Virus record (IMG/VR): IMGVR_UViG_3300012007_000013
Coordinates: 1-64,000 of that record
Strand: one strand, 5' to 3'
Length of the DNA stretch: 64,000 nt
DNA from: a virus
Taxonomy: Duplodnaviria > Caudoviricetes
Part shown: positions 29,410-40,552 of the stretch, piece after piece
How positions within the stretch are numbered: position 1 is the first letter of the stretch
Layout: every line of letters begins with the position of its first letter
Translations under genes and position numbers: made by a program
Notes under the pieces: model-generated
The model's input: the letters and a program-made list of their open reading frames with translations, nothing else
Told to the model about the DNA's origin: nothing
Database searches by the model: none

Positions 29410-29973
29410 ATGGCAGACATTAAAATTTTATCACCGTTTATCCTCTCTTTTGAAGGTGGTTTTGTAAAACACCCGAATGACAAGGGGAAAGAAACAAACA
29501 AAGGGGTTACTATCGCCACTTGGAAGAAACAGGGATACGACAAAGACGGCGACGGAGATATTGACGTTGACGACTTGAAAATGATTTCAGACGAGGATGC
29601 CGTGAACGTCATTCTCCGTCCTCATTATTGGAACAGGTGGAAGGCCGACGAAATCAATAGCCAATCCATCGCTAATATTCTTGTGGATTGGGTCTGGGGT
29701 AGCGGCGTAAATGGAATAAAGATTCCACAGCAGTTGCTTTGTGTTAAAGCAGACGGTATTGTGGGACCGAAAACGTTGGCCGCGTTGAATGCAAAAGAGC
29801 CTCACGCATTCTTCAATCTTATCAAGAATAGGAGGGAGCAATTCTTCAATACAATAGTGAAAAACAATCCTAGTCAGAAGGTATTTTTGAAAGGATGGCT
29901 TCGCAGACTCAATTCGATAGGCTTTGGTTATCTGAAAGATAACAGGGGCAAAGTCACTCATTTCAAAGATTGA
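29410..29973 (+). CDS. Endolysin, glycoside hydrolase family 108 + PG-binding domain
   Basis: EGGFVKHPNDKG.ETNKGVT; FLKGWLRRL. Confidence 0.9.
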   Translation: MADIKILSPFILSFEGGFVKHPNDKGKETNKGVTIATWKKQGYDKDGDGDIDVDDLKMISDEDAVNVILRPHYWNRWKADEINSQSIANILVDWVWGSGVNGIKIPQQLLCVKADGIVGPKTLAALNAKEPHAFFNLIKNRREQFFNTIVKNNPSQKVFLKGWLRRLNSIGFGYLKDNRGKVTHFKD

Positions 29974-29975
29974 TT

Positions 29976-30005
29976 TTTGTAAATTAAAAAATATTTGTAT
30001 CTTTG
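29976..30005 (+). promoter_or_regulatory. Bacteroidota sigma70-type promoter
   Basis: TTTG-N18-TATCTTTG. Confidence 0.7.
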
Positions 30006-30047
30006 CACTCGTAAAAGTTAAAGTAAAACTTAAATAAACATTACGCA

Positions 30048-30449
30048 ATGTGGTGGCAAACAATACTTATTGATGTTCTCTCGGTAACATCCATACTGAG
30101 CATAATCGCCGTTGTGCGATTTTGGAAGCAGAACAAAAAACTCAAAGACAACGAGGTAAAAATCAACGACAGCGAGGTTGCTCAATCAAACGTCGAGGCA
30201 CAGAAAGCCGAGATTGACCTCGCAAACAAGTACCGCGACGAGATGCTTAATATGGTGCAGATGGTGAAGGATGCGAACGAAAAGAATTTCACCAACCAAG
30301 ACGAGATAATGCGTAGTCTCACACGGTTAGAAACAAAGGTCGGCGATATAGAGAGTTATCTAAACGGACCCTACCACCAATACATTGCCGATAAGCAAAG
30401 CAGGTACAACCCGAATATCAAGCCAAATGAGGATTCTTCAAAGTCATAG
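30048..30449 (+). CDS. Holin-like protein (N-terminal TM + coiled coil)
   Basis: One N-terminal hydrophobic helix; lies between endolysin and spanin. Confidence 0.5.
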   Translation: MWWQTILIDVLSVTSILSIIAVVRFWKQNKKLKDNEVKINDSEVAQSNVEAQKAEIDLANKYRDEMLNMVQMVKDANEKNFTNQDEIMRSLTRLETKVGDIESYLNGPYHQYIADKQSRYNPNIKPNEDSSKS

Positions 30450-30873
30450 ATGTTTTAATTGGTTTGTAGCGGCACACGGAAAAGTCGCCGTGGCGGTAGC
30501 ATTGATTTGTCTGACCGTCTCGGCGACGTCGTGCCGTTCCACAAACGAGATTGTCAAGGAAGTACCAGTCCACGATACGACATATATCACCAAAACGCAA
30601 CGCGACAGCACTTACATTGACAGGTGGCATACAGAATACGTCAAGGGCGATACCGTTTTTGTCACGAACAATCAAATAATAGTCAAATACAGAACCGTCT
30701 CTGATACAGCATATAAATACGTAGAAAAGCCAGTCGAGGTGGTTGTCAATCAAATAAAAGAGGTAGGCAGGCCGCTCCGTTGGTGGCAAAAAACGATGAT
30801 GTGGTGCGGCGTAGGCTTCATCCTCGTGCTTATAGGTTTCGGTATGTCACTCTATGTAAAACTGAAAGGGTAA
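30427..30873 (+). CDS. Unimolecular spanin-like protein
   Basis: Lipobox SATSC, beta-rich periplasmic part, C-terminal TM (WCGVGFILVLIGFG). Confidence 0.7.
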   Translation: MRILQSHRCFNWFVAAHGKVAVAVALICLTVSATSCRSTNEIVKEVPVHDTTYITKTQRDSTYIDRWHTEYVKGDTVFVTNNQIIVKYRTVSDTAYKYVEKPVEVVVNQIKEVGRPLRWWQKTMMWCGVGFILVLIGFGMSLYVKLKG

Positions 30874-30877
30874 CGTT

Positions 30878-33800
30878 ATGAAGGAGAGAGTGCTTACAGT
30901 TTTGGTGCCTATTAAGGATAGCGATGCCACGGTTGTGACGTCACTCCCCGCCGTAACACCCGACAATATTAACGTCATATACAAACACGAGGGTGTCTAC
31001 AAACGCATTTGGTTGAATCCAGCCACAAACCAATATGAGTATCACGAGGTTATAGATAGAGAGTTCCCTTATCTCGGCAAACCACTCGAGATATTCGATT
31101 TCACATACGACGCCACTCGAATGGGTACTGCCCCGACAATTTCCGCCCAAAATATAATGTGGTATGCAGACCGTGACGCAAACAACAAAGAAGTCACGCT
31201 TGAACGCCTTTGGTCTCAGGAATGCCACGTTGTGTTTAACGGTGAGAACTATTACTTGAAACAGATACCAACGGCGGGCAAATCGAACGAGGATGCCCGA
31301 TATAAATATGACATAGACTTTGTCAACGAGCGCGTCGTCCTAGAACAGGTATACATTTATGATGTCGTTCAGCCGTTTATAACAGAGCGACCCGTGTCAG
31401 AATCGACGAAATTCTCGTTTTTCGGTGACATCAATGAGTTGATAAAGAGGATTAATACATCTCTACTTAGAAGCAAACTTGCTTAAATTGCGTTAAATGA
31501 CGGCGTTTCGGAAAGCGATATACTGAGTTACTCTGAGTGGAATTCAATCGGTCTTGGAACGTATGACGGTCCGATTGAAAAGACAAGAAAGTACATAGGT
31601 GGACAAGGTGCTACCGTATATCGTTATTTTTATCCATATTACGATGGAGACTATAACGCTTACCTTCGTGGTGAGATTTACAAGATTGTTGACGGCGATT
31701 TTGTAATTACAGGTTATCAGTGCAAGATTGGCAAGAATGCCAAGGGCGAAATGACAACTTCGGAGGAGAAACTTATTGTTTTCGAGGACGACTATATCCA
31801 CGAGGCGTTGCAGCAGATACACGACACGTTCGGATTGCAGTATTATATTGTCAAAGAAAAAAACGGAGAGGGAGAATTTACAGGCAACACTTTTATTGTC
31901 ATTGGCGATTGCGAATACGATTTTGCCGACTTAAACGAAGAAGGCACAGACTATATTCGTGACGATGAGGGTCTGCCTACAACCACACATCCTTTTGACT
32001 ATGGCGTGGACGATGCCTTGCTTTCCAAGGAAAAAACGAACACGACAGACAAGATAATCACGCGTATTACAGGCACGGGTAGCGAAGAGAATATTCCTTG
32101 GTATTACCCCAACCCTACGGCGGACGGATGGATAAAACCTCTGTTCAAGGAGAACGGTGAGGTTCAGAACATTGAAGTTGACTACCCACAGACCGAGGGG
32201 ACTACAGTGCAAGACGGAGTAAAATATGAGAAATATTTAAAGAACCGTATCGGTGACATATTTCAATACGGCGTAAAAAAAGGCATTCTTCGGCAAACAT
32301 CCTACAAGTCTTCGTTAAGCGGAGAGACAGGCGGCACAAATAATACTATACAAGTAGTTTACGTGCTTAATGTGAGAACAGGGTTTGTGAATCCGAAGTT
32401 CCAATTTTCGCTATCATTTCTGAACGGCTCAAACTTGTCATATTATCAAGTCAAGTTGAGAGACAATACATCGGAGACCATTGTCGGCGAATATGACTCA
32501 AGCCAGTCGTATGCTAACCCGACGAACTTCCAAAGGGCGTTTATTGCAAGCGACGGCAGCGTAATACTTGATATGGTAGAAGGTCATATCTATTACTTGT
32601 ATTTCGGTATCCATATCAATGGATATATGCCTCTATCACGCAAATATGACTACTCTGGATATTTTTATCCTATACAAGACGTAGAGGTGTCACCGGGCGT
32701 CGTTTTGTCTGTTCCGTCCGATTTCTATGATTCCGACGGATTGCTTCCCGCTATTCATTACAGTGAAGGAACGGTAATATGGGCAGGATATAGTTATGAC
32801 GGAACGAAAGACACCAAGGCGGAACCAATGAAGAGGTTTGTCAATATGAAGTATAAGGACGTCGACACTGGTTCTATATATCTTTGCACTGCTTCTGAGA
32901 GGCCCGATTATAATACAGGGGCGCGTTACAATGCCTATTTTATAAATCCGAGGATGCACTATCAAGAATGGGTGGAGACATTTATGCGTCTTTCTATCGG
33001 GCTGTGGTCAACCGACGGATGGTACAGGAACTCGAAAAAAGTCAATCTTGCCGACTATGCTTTGGAATTAGGAGACCTCAGTGGCCACACCTTGGGAATC
33101 ACAGACACTATCGAATTCCAACGATTGAAGTATCTCACTCCGCAAGCCACACTTATGCCAGAGGTGTACGTCAAGACCGACGGGGAACGCAGATTCTATG
33201 ATGCCGTCAATTACCCTCTGCCAAATGGAAACCCTGACCCCGCAATTGGAGAGACGGAAGTCGATGGACAAATAGTGAATCCTCTTTACTATAAAGATGA
33301 TACTCGTACTCATTACGACTTCGAGAACGAACTAATGCCGAACAAGCCTCTTGAACACATAGAGGGAATGGATGACATCAAGCCGACAATTAAGGGACAG
33401 ACCAATTATATCAAAGTCCACGAGCAACCCGACGATTGGGATGTGAATTATGGCTCTTATTACACTAAAAACAATGACGGCCAATTCATTCCCAACACAA
33501 ATCCTGTTTTTCCTACACTAGTCACGGAAACAACACAGATATACAAACTTGTCAGGATAGACGTTGTTGAAATGTTTGCCTATGACGATTTGGACAACGA
33601 CGAGATATGGGAGAATAACGATAACGGAAATGTCAGCGGAGAGTACAAGCACCCATACTTTTTCGCTAAACTACGCCCTCTTGGATTCAATTTGTTCGAC
33701 CTAGCTTTGCAGGACGATATGGTACTGTCTATGACAACAGGACATTGCGGGGCGTGCAACTTCAAGATAGGTGTCGACGAGAACACCAAGAAGAACCCAG

Positions 33801-35167
33801 TGCAGATTTGGGAGTATAACGTCTATCAAGGGGCGGACTACAACTCTAAAACACTGAAATATACAGCAGGTGAGTTAAGGAGATATGTTGATACGACAAA
33901 CCTTTATTATGACACGACACCGGGCGACGAAGGTGGATACATCTCAGTCGATTCAAACGCGAATATGGCAAGAACCGGATTTATAGTGGATGCGTCCTCG
34001 AGACAACAATCATACCAACGCGCTGTGTATCCGTCCGAACAGGTGGTAAATGGAGAAGTCGGCAGTCTCAAGCAAGAAGGAAAGACACATTTCGAGGGAG
34101 ATGTAAAAACAAGCGGAAAATTTATTGAGTCACAACAAGATACTTCGGAGAATTTTGTCTGGGTGGCTCTTATGAAAGACACTGATTCCTATGGAGTCAT
34201 TATGCCCTCGGCTCGTCCTGATTACGGCGATAGCAATTACAGCGTCTATATACGTCCCGCGTCGTTCAGTGACACTGGCGATGAAAATACGGCGGACAAG
34301 TTTGTATTGACAAATATCCGTCTTCCTCAGATGTATCTTCGCCGTGCGGAGAGAGAACTGTCGGCGGCTTTAATCAAATTTATGTACGACGGGAACTATC
34401 AAAAGTTCAACTTCTCAATAAATAACAGCAGGATTTTCCTTGCCCAGAATATATCGGTGGAAGACCGCCTTAATGAAAATTCCGTGGTCTATGTATCTTT
34501 TGATAACAAAATTTACAGACAGTATGTAAAGCACTACACTTACAGAATGACAAAGGATGTCGTTCTTCCTGAAATTTCTGTCGATATGAACGAGGAATTG
34601 TCGGTTTCACGTACACGAGCAGGGAACGAACGTAACCGTGAACGCGTGATGACTGCAAGTAGAAACGAACAGATTAATAGTGCGATAAGCCGTCTTACAG
34701 ACAAGATGAGCAAGATATATATTGGTAGGAATTCCGACGCGATAGTTAGCGGCAATCTTGTTAGCAGGGATGCCGCGACATCATTCTCGGATTTGAGCGA
34801 CATCAGTAAAGAAAACGAGGCTGGTGTTAGACAGAATCAAGAGAACATTTCGACAGAGCGGACACAGTTTGTGTCTTTCGTTGGCAAAGTGAATACCTTT
34901 AACGGCGGCGTCGACGAAAGATTAAAACAGATTAGAATCACTGTTGAAAAACGACTTTTGCCCGTCGCTCAGGATGTACGCGTAAATTCTTCTTGCCAAG
35001 ACGTGTACAAATATCATTTTGAGCCTGTTATTTCTACTGCTAACACTGAGGCGAAACTGTGGTACGATGCAGATGGCAATGACCAAACATACAACACTAC
35101 GCAAATGTCTTGTCCCACCGACCAAGGTATGTCAGACCTCGGATGGACAGATTTTGATATAACTTAA
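30878..35167 (+). CDS. Large tail-tip/baseplate hub protein interrupted by one in-frame TAA
   Basis: ORFs 30878..31486 and 31751..35167 are in the same frame; the gap is open apart from TAA 31484-31486. Confidence 0.7.
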
Positions 35168-36429
35168 GGTAACTATATATAACTTTACACACAAAAAAAA
35201 TAAACTAAAATTTTGTCAGTTTAGTTTTTATTCGTATCTTTGCAGTGATGATTAAGACATACAAATATAGACTACACCCTAACAATGAGCAAATTACTTT
35301 CTTCGAGAAGTCGTTTGGTTGCGTTAGGTTTGTCTATAATTGGGCACTTAATCAGCGTATCGAGGCATATCAGAAAGACGGAACCCGCATTTCGTGGGTC
35401 GATAATTGCAAGCGACTGACCGAACTCAAAAAGCAGGAAGAGACGAAATGGCTGTGCGAGGTCGCAAACCAATCACTGCAATCATCCATACGTAATATGG
35501 ATAGTGCTTTCACACGCTTCTTTCGAGAAAAGAAAGGCTTTCCGAAGTTCCATTCAAAGAAACGTGGAAGATTCTCTTTCCAGTTGGTGCAGGGTGTATC
35601 TATTGACTTCAATACACATAAGGTAAAACTGCCGAAGGTTGGCGAAGTGAAATTCGGAAAGAACAAAGAGTTTGTCGGCAAGATTGGCACTTGCACGGTT
35701 TCAAAGACACCGACGGGAAAATACTACATTTCAATACTTGTAGACGACGGCAAGCCTATGCCAGAAAAAGCACCGATTACAGCTGACACCGCCGTCGGCA
35801 TAGATGTTGGCATCAAGGATTTCGCCGTGCTATCTAACGGTCAAGTTTATTCTAACCCCAAATATTTGGAGAAAGATGAAAAGCGGTTAAAAGTATTACA
35901 AAGACGTCTTTCGAGAAAGCAGAAAGACAGCAAGCGTAGCGAAAGTGCGAGATTGGCGGTAGCAAGGCAGCACGAGAAGATACGCAACAGACGTGTCAAT
36001 TTCATCCACCAAGTCACTTCGAGGATTGTCCGCGAAAACCAAACGGTAATCATCGAGGACTTGAATGTGGACGGTATGCTTAAAAACCACAATCTCGCAA
36101 AGCATATAGCGTCGGCGTCGTGGTCGGAGTTCTTCCGTCAGTTGCAGTACAAATGCGACTGGCAAGGTAAAAACCTCATACGCATCGGGCGTTTCGAGCC
36201 AAGTTCAAAGATGTGTCTGTGTGGGTTCATCAACAAGGATTTGACATTGAAAGACCGAGAGTGGGATTGCCCACAATGTGGTAGGCACAACGACCGCGAC
36301 TTGCTTGCAGCAGTGAACATAAAGAGGTTCGGCTTGCAGAAGCAGAATCTCATAGGAGAAATATCACCCGTGGTGAACGGGGCAGAGGACGTGGAGCCGC
36401 TGACATTGGTCGGGGCTGTGAAGCGTCAA
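35158..36429 (+). mobile_element. Solo-tnpB IS200/IS605-family (IS1341-like) element; ends approximate
   Basis: tnpB without tnpA; own promoter TTTG(35212)-N19-TATCTTTG(35235); 3' hairpins ending ...GAAGCGTCAA. Confidence 0.6.
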
Positions 36430-36444
36430 TATATCAAAGTGTAA
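35245..36444 (+). CDS. tnpB: TnpB RNA-guided endonuclease
   Basis: KTYKYRLHP...FGCVRFVYNWAL; RuvC GIDVG, IIEDL, DRDLLAAVNI; Zn ribbon CLCG/CPQC. Confidence 0.95.
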   Translation: MMIKTYKYRLHPNNEQITFFEKSFGCVRFVYNWALNQRIEAYQKDGTRISWVDNCKRLTELKKQEETKWLCEVANQSLQSSIRNMDSAFTRFFREKKGFPKFHSKKRGRFSFQLVQGVSIDFNTHKVKLPKVGEVKFGKNKEFVGKIGTCTVSKTPTGKYYISILVDDGKPMPEKAPITADTAVGIDVGIKDFAVLSNGQVYSNPKYLEKDEKRLKVLQRRLSRKQKDSKRSESARLAVARQHEKIRNRRVNFIHQVTSRIVRENQTVIIEDLNVDGMLKNHNLAKHIASASWSEFFRQLQYKCDWQGKNLIRIGRFEPSSKMCLCGFINKDLTLKDREWDCPQCGRHNDRDLLAAVNIKRFGLQKQNLIGEISPVVNGAEDVEPLTLVGAVKRQYIKV

Positions 36445-36449
36445 ACACC
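36330..36449 (+). ncRNA. Predicted omegaRNA/right-end RNA with guide; 5' boundary unknown
   Basis: Hairpin CCCGT-GGTGA-ACGGG (36367-36381); nested GACG/AGCC/GAC...GTC/GGCT/CGTC stem ending in TCAA at 36429. Confidence 0.55.
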
Positions 36450-36556
36450 TATAATCACCTAACTTAAAAATTTTCAATTATGGCAAATTTAAACCAATTT
36501 TACATTTTTTTTTAATAGTTACAAAAAAAGTTGTATCTTTGCAAAAAATATAAGCG

Positions 36557-37318
36557 ATGGTAGACAGGCAAAGTTTCTTACAGGGTGAAGATATATTCAT
36601 CACAGTTTCAATTGGTAAAGAATATTTTACCGATATGGACATGTTGTATGCCTATGTATTTTTTGATGATAATCACGGACTTATAACAAGTGAAGACAGT
36701 GAGTATATCGATATGAATTACGATAAAGAGAAGTCGGAGGTTAGCATCCATATATCTCACGAAATAACGGCAAATGCTCGTTACATGCCAGTAGGAACAT
36801 ACGGACTTGAGATAATGAAAGTCACAAAAGATACGGAATACAGAAAGATATACCAAAACAAGAAACAGTTTGATTTAAAGAAGTCTTACATTGTAAATTC
36901 AGGTAGTAAAATAATTAATTTCAACATAGCGATGGCATTAAAGAACAATCAGTATCAAGGTGAAACTCTCGACCTAATCATAGAAGGTGATGAGAATTTT
37001 GACTTTGGAGAAAGCGGCACTCAACCGTTCAAAGTATTCGTTTATCCAGACGGACTTGACACAAGTATTGAGGCAAATAAAGAGTATATCAAAATCATAG
37101 ACTCTAGAGATGTTGACGGTAATGCCGTCTATGGAGATGGTTATGTGTCGAGAGAAGAAAATTATACTGCTCACGCATTTCTCCCATACTACGAGACGCA
37201 GAATATGAGGACTGGTTATTATACGGTGGAAGTGCTCTATGGGGACGAAGCGCGTTCTGTAAACAAGTTTAACAATGCTTTCATTTTAGTTGAAGGATAT
37301 AGTAACGAAATACAATAA
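36557..37318 (+). CDS. BppU-like upper baseplate/Ig-like protein
   Basis: Two similar beta-rich halves (MPVGTYGLEI / MRTGYYTVEV); upstream of the fibre gene. Confidence 0.5.
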   Translation: MVDRQSFLQGEDIFITVSIGKEYFTDMDMLYAYVFFDDNHGLITSEDSEYIDMNYDKEKSEVSIHISHEITANARYMPVGTYGLEIMKVTKDTEYRKIYQNKKQFDLKKSYIVNSGSKIINFNIAMALKNNQYQGETLDLIIEGDENFDFGESGTQPFKVFVYPDGLDTSIEANKEYIKIIDSRDVDGNAVYGDGYVSREENYTAHAFLPYYETQNMRTGYYTVEVLYGDEARSVNKFNNAFILVEGYSNEIQ

Positions 37319-37322
37319 AATC

Positions 37323-39836
37323 ATGGCTGTAAATTTAAAAATAGTTTCTCAGGTTGTAGCATCCGGCACACCTGGCCCTGCTGGCAAAAGCGCATATCAA
37401 ATCGCCGTAGATAATGGTTTTCAAGGAACCGAATCCGAGTGGCTGAAAGAACTTCATCCGTTCAAAGGTTGGTTCGATAGCGTCTCCGAATTGGAGGAGG
37501 AACATTCTGCTCCATCCGTCGGTGAGTATGCCTATGTCAAGGGCGCAACGTCAAGTGACCCTGTTAAAATATACGAGTGCTCTACGGAAGGCTCTTGGTC
37601 TGACAGCGGACGTACTGTTGACACAAGCACCGTCCAGACATTCAGAAGCGGTGAGTCAGTCAACGATGTTGACATTACGGAAGATTCATCCGAAATTTTA
37701 GAAGATGGAGAAAAGATACCTACAGCATCTGCTGTTGCCGGCGCATTGGGTAATGCAGAATTTTCAACAGGAGAAAAAATCAAGAATGTGGGTATTGACG
37801 CTGAACCTACTGCTAAAAGTGATAATCTGGTTAAAAGTGGAGGAGTGGCACAAAAGATACAAACACTAATTAATGACTCTATTGCTCCTAATTGGGATAA
37901 TTATGAATTAGAAAATGGATTCTATTATAGTGGTACATCCGAGGAGACTGGTTCTGGATGGAAAAGATGCAAAATAGATATTTCAAGTGCATCTATTCTT
38001 AAATTTAGAACAAATCTTTATGGTGGTGGTAATTGTTGCATCACAGATGTAGAGGGGAATGTGCTAAAAACTTGGATTTTAGCAGACCTCCCAACTGGTA
38101 AGTTCGTTATTTTTGATTTATCTTCTATTACTAATCCTAAATATTTTTATTATTCAGTTTGGCTTAATAATTTTACAGAGGATGATGTCTATATCAAAGC
38201 ACTTGCAGATATAGCATCTTTACACGAACTGAAAGAAACCGAATCTTATATCACATCCGAAGAAGATATAGATAGTGGAGAACTGAATAATGTTTTAATA
38301 CTTGTTAATAATGCTCCAACCGAAACTTCATCTTCTGTATATAGAACAACTAATTATATACCCGTATCAGAAGGGGATATAATTAGAGTACTCTCTTATT
38401 GTAATAATAATGCTTTTGTTATTACAGGTTATGCCTCTAAAAGTCAAGATTCCTATGTTTCGTCTTTTTCGGTTTATGGAAAAGCCAATATGGAAATAGC
38501 AGAATGGTTTTTTGCCAAAATTCCAAGTGGAGTCAATTATATAAGGGTATCTTGTCCAAAGGAATACTTGGTAAATGGAAAGATAATAATAAAGAGGAAG
38601 GTTGCAGATTCTATTGATGCAAGACTATTTCCAATAGATGGTAGGCAGTTGGTTTTCCTCAATAATCCCTATTTGATTGATGTCAAGGGAACTCTTGTTT
38701 CAAGTAGTGTATATTATTGTTCGGATTTCATTGAACTTAATGAATGTGATTCTTATAAATTAAGTGGCATTAGTGGTGGATATGGATGCCTATGGGTGTC
38801 ATTCTATTCTTCACAGAATCAGGCAGACTTCATAGGACAAGCAATTACAGGAGATGGTGGTACAACACCAAGAACGATAGTGTTTACAGTTCCAAAGGGC
38901 GGCAAATATGTGAGATTCTGTGGTAGTTGGGATGTTGCTCATCCGCAACCAATAACTCTTATTAGAGCAAATGAGGGTTATAGGATAGCAGCCAATGAAA
39001 GCAAGTTACTACCAAGCAATAGAACACTTCTTGACTTTCCTCGTACTGCATCAAGAAAACCTATGATTCTTTTCCAGATGGATATGGCAAAGGTTGCATA
39101 TAGCCAGAAGATAATTGACTATGCAGATATTCTTGAGGCAAATGGAGTGAAGAGGAGTACATATAATGTTCTTCCCGAGTATCTTGGCCACGATGCTTAT
39201 ACCAACTTTGATTTCTGGATGAACACCTTATTCAATAGAGGAAATGAGGTGGCTTTGCATACGGGGCCAGATTACAATTTCTTTCTTAATAGCACTATGA
39301 CTGATGCACAAGTTGAGGCTGCTATGAAAGACTATCTTGATAGACTTGAGTCAAAGGGTTATGAGATTACAGGATTTATACCTCTTGGAGCAGAACTTAA
39401 ACCATCATTCAAGCCTATCATAGCAAAATATATGAATTGGATGCTTTCTGGAGATGGTCCAACAGGAAATGTTCCTGGAGATGTTGGCTTAATGGAAGAT
39501 AATGTGATGGATTATATTTCAAGTCTACAAACTGATAGGTTCCAAATTCTACGCATAGATTTGGAGTGTGTTCATACAGATGCATCCGCAGAAATGCACG
39601 CAGCAATGCTACAAAAAGCAAAAGATGTGGTAGATGAAACTATCGATAGAGGTGGATATACAATCTTCTACTCTCATACTTATAATCAAACATTTGGCAC
39701 TACCTATACACTATATCCAGAGTTATTTATTCCTCTTTGCGAATATATTAAGAGTAAAATTGATGAACGACAAATAGTTACGGGTAACACCAATGAAATG
39801 TTGGAGTGGTATTATACACCAAGAGTGGGAGAATAA
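37323..39836 (+). CDS. Tail fibre/receptor-binding protein with a C-terminal polysaccharide-deacetylase-like domain
   Basis: GPAGKSAYQIAVDNGFQGTESEWL; DAEPTAKSDNLVKSGGV; C-terminal ILFQMD...NEVALHT...IFYSHT. Confidence 0.65.
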   Translation: MAVNLKIVSQVVASGTPGPAGKSAYQIAVDNGFQGTESEWLKELHPFKGWFDSVSELEEEHSAPSVGEYAYVKGATSSDPVKIYECSTEGSWSDSGRTVDTSTVQTFRSGESVNDVDITEDSSEILEDGEKIPTASAVAGALGNAEFSTGEKIKNVGIDAEPTAKSDNLVKSGGVAQKIQTLINDSIAPNWDNYELENGFYYSGTSEETGSGWKRCKIDISSASILKFRTNLYGGGNCCITDVEGNVLKTWILADLPTGKFVIFDLSSITNPKYFYYSVWLNNFTEDDVYIKALADIASLHELKETESYITSEEDIDSGELNNVLILVNNAPTETSSSVYRTTNYIPVSEGDIIRVLSYCNNNAFVITGYASKSQDSYVSSFSVYGKANMEIAEWFFAKIPSGVNYIRVSCPKEYLVNGKIIIKRKVADSIDARLFPIDGRQLVFLNNPYLIDVKGTLVSSSVYYCSDFIELNECDSYKLSGISGGYGCLWVSFYSSQNQADFIGQAITGDGGTTPRTIVFTVPKGGKYVRFCGSWDVAHPQPITLIRANEGYRIAANESKLLPSNRTLLDFPRTASRKPMILFQMDMAKVAYSQKIIDYADILEANGVKRSTYNVLPEYLGHDAYTNFDFWMNTLFNRGNEVALHTGPDYNFFLNSTMTDAQVEAAMKDYLDRLESKGYEITGFIPLGAELKPSFKPIIAKYMNWMLSGDGPTGNVPGDVGLMEDNVMDYISSLQTDRFQILRIDLECVHTDASAEMHAAMLQKAKDVVDETIDRGGYTIFYSHTYNQTFGTTYTLYPELFIPLCEYIKSKIDERQIVTGNTNEMLEWYYTPRVGE

Positions 39837-39858
39837 ATAATTTATATACTTAATAGTT

Positions 39859-39889
39859 AAGGACTACATCAATAAAATGTGTAGTCCTT
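39859..39889 (+). terminator. Intrinsic terminator
   Basis: AAGGACTACA...TGTAGTCCTT followed by TTG. Confidence 0.7.
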
Positions 39890-39956
39890 TTGAAAATAGA
39901 TTTTGTTAATTCAAATTTTATTAGCATTTTTGCAATAAATTTAAAACATTGTGGAT

Positions 39957-40007
39957 ATGGCTAAAAGAAGTAGTAAATCAGGTAAATGGCACGCTAACAA
40001 AAAATAA
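39957..40007 (+). CDS. 16-aa basic mini-ORF
   Basis: MAKRSSKSGKWHANKK; after a near-consensus promoter (39902-39932). Confidence 0.35.
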   Translation: MAKRSSKSGKWHANKK

Positions 40008-40015
40008 TAAGACAA

Positions 40016-40543
40016 ATGGGTAGAAGTTCACAATATAATCACTATATGCAGAGGGTCGATAGTCCCGGGTACGCCACCATTGACATAGAGGAGGAGTTTC
40101 CCGGTCTGCTATACTCGAGTGCGAAAGGTATTTATGACATAGGTAAACCAAAGAATATCTACACAGAGCAGTATGCAGATAGCGACAGAACTCGTGTGTA
40201 TATTCCAATAGAATACCTTAATGGTCAGTTAGTGCATAACACATCGTTGATTGCTAATGAATCGACTACTGTAGAAATGACTTTCCTTGTAGTTGGAGAT
40301 GCTCATGCTCGACGTGACACCATAACTGCCTTTGAGGATTATGTTCGCACAGGAATTCATACATATTATGATACTGCTCGTCAGATGGAGTTTGAGTTTT
40401 TCGTTTCAGACGACATAAAGGTAAGCGATGAAAAATGGCACGGAAGTCAACCATACGTAGAACTGACAGTACCGTTGCAGAATATCAACGGGAAAACTCG
40501 ACATATAGAGCCGTCTGCGATTATACAGACAAGAACATCGTAG
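40016..40543 (+). CDS. Distal-tail (Dit)-like protein, copy 1
   Basis: IDIEEEFPGLLYSSAKGI...PKNIYTEQYADSD; paralog at 45574. Confidence 0.5.
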   Translation: MGRSSQYNHYMQRVDSPGYATIDIEEEFPGLLYSSAKGIYDIGKPKNIYTEQYADSDRTRVYIPIEYLNGQLVHNTSLIANESTTVEMTFLVVGDAHARRDTITAFEDYVRTGIHTYYDTARQMEFEFFVSDDIKVSDEKWHGSQPYVELTVPLQNINGKTRHIEPSAIIQTRTS

Positions 40544-40552
40544 AGTAAAATA

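Noticed and set aside
33407-33417. 11-nt match (TATATCAAAGT) of the predicted TnpB guide within the tail gene
   Set aside because: Short AT-rich match; TATATCAAA also occurs at other sites, there is no TTGA-like TAM, and pairing stops after 11 nt
35245-36444. Cas12f/type V CRISPR effector
   Set aside because: No array or cas genes; an IS-type right end overlaps the ORF end, which fits TnpB
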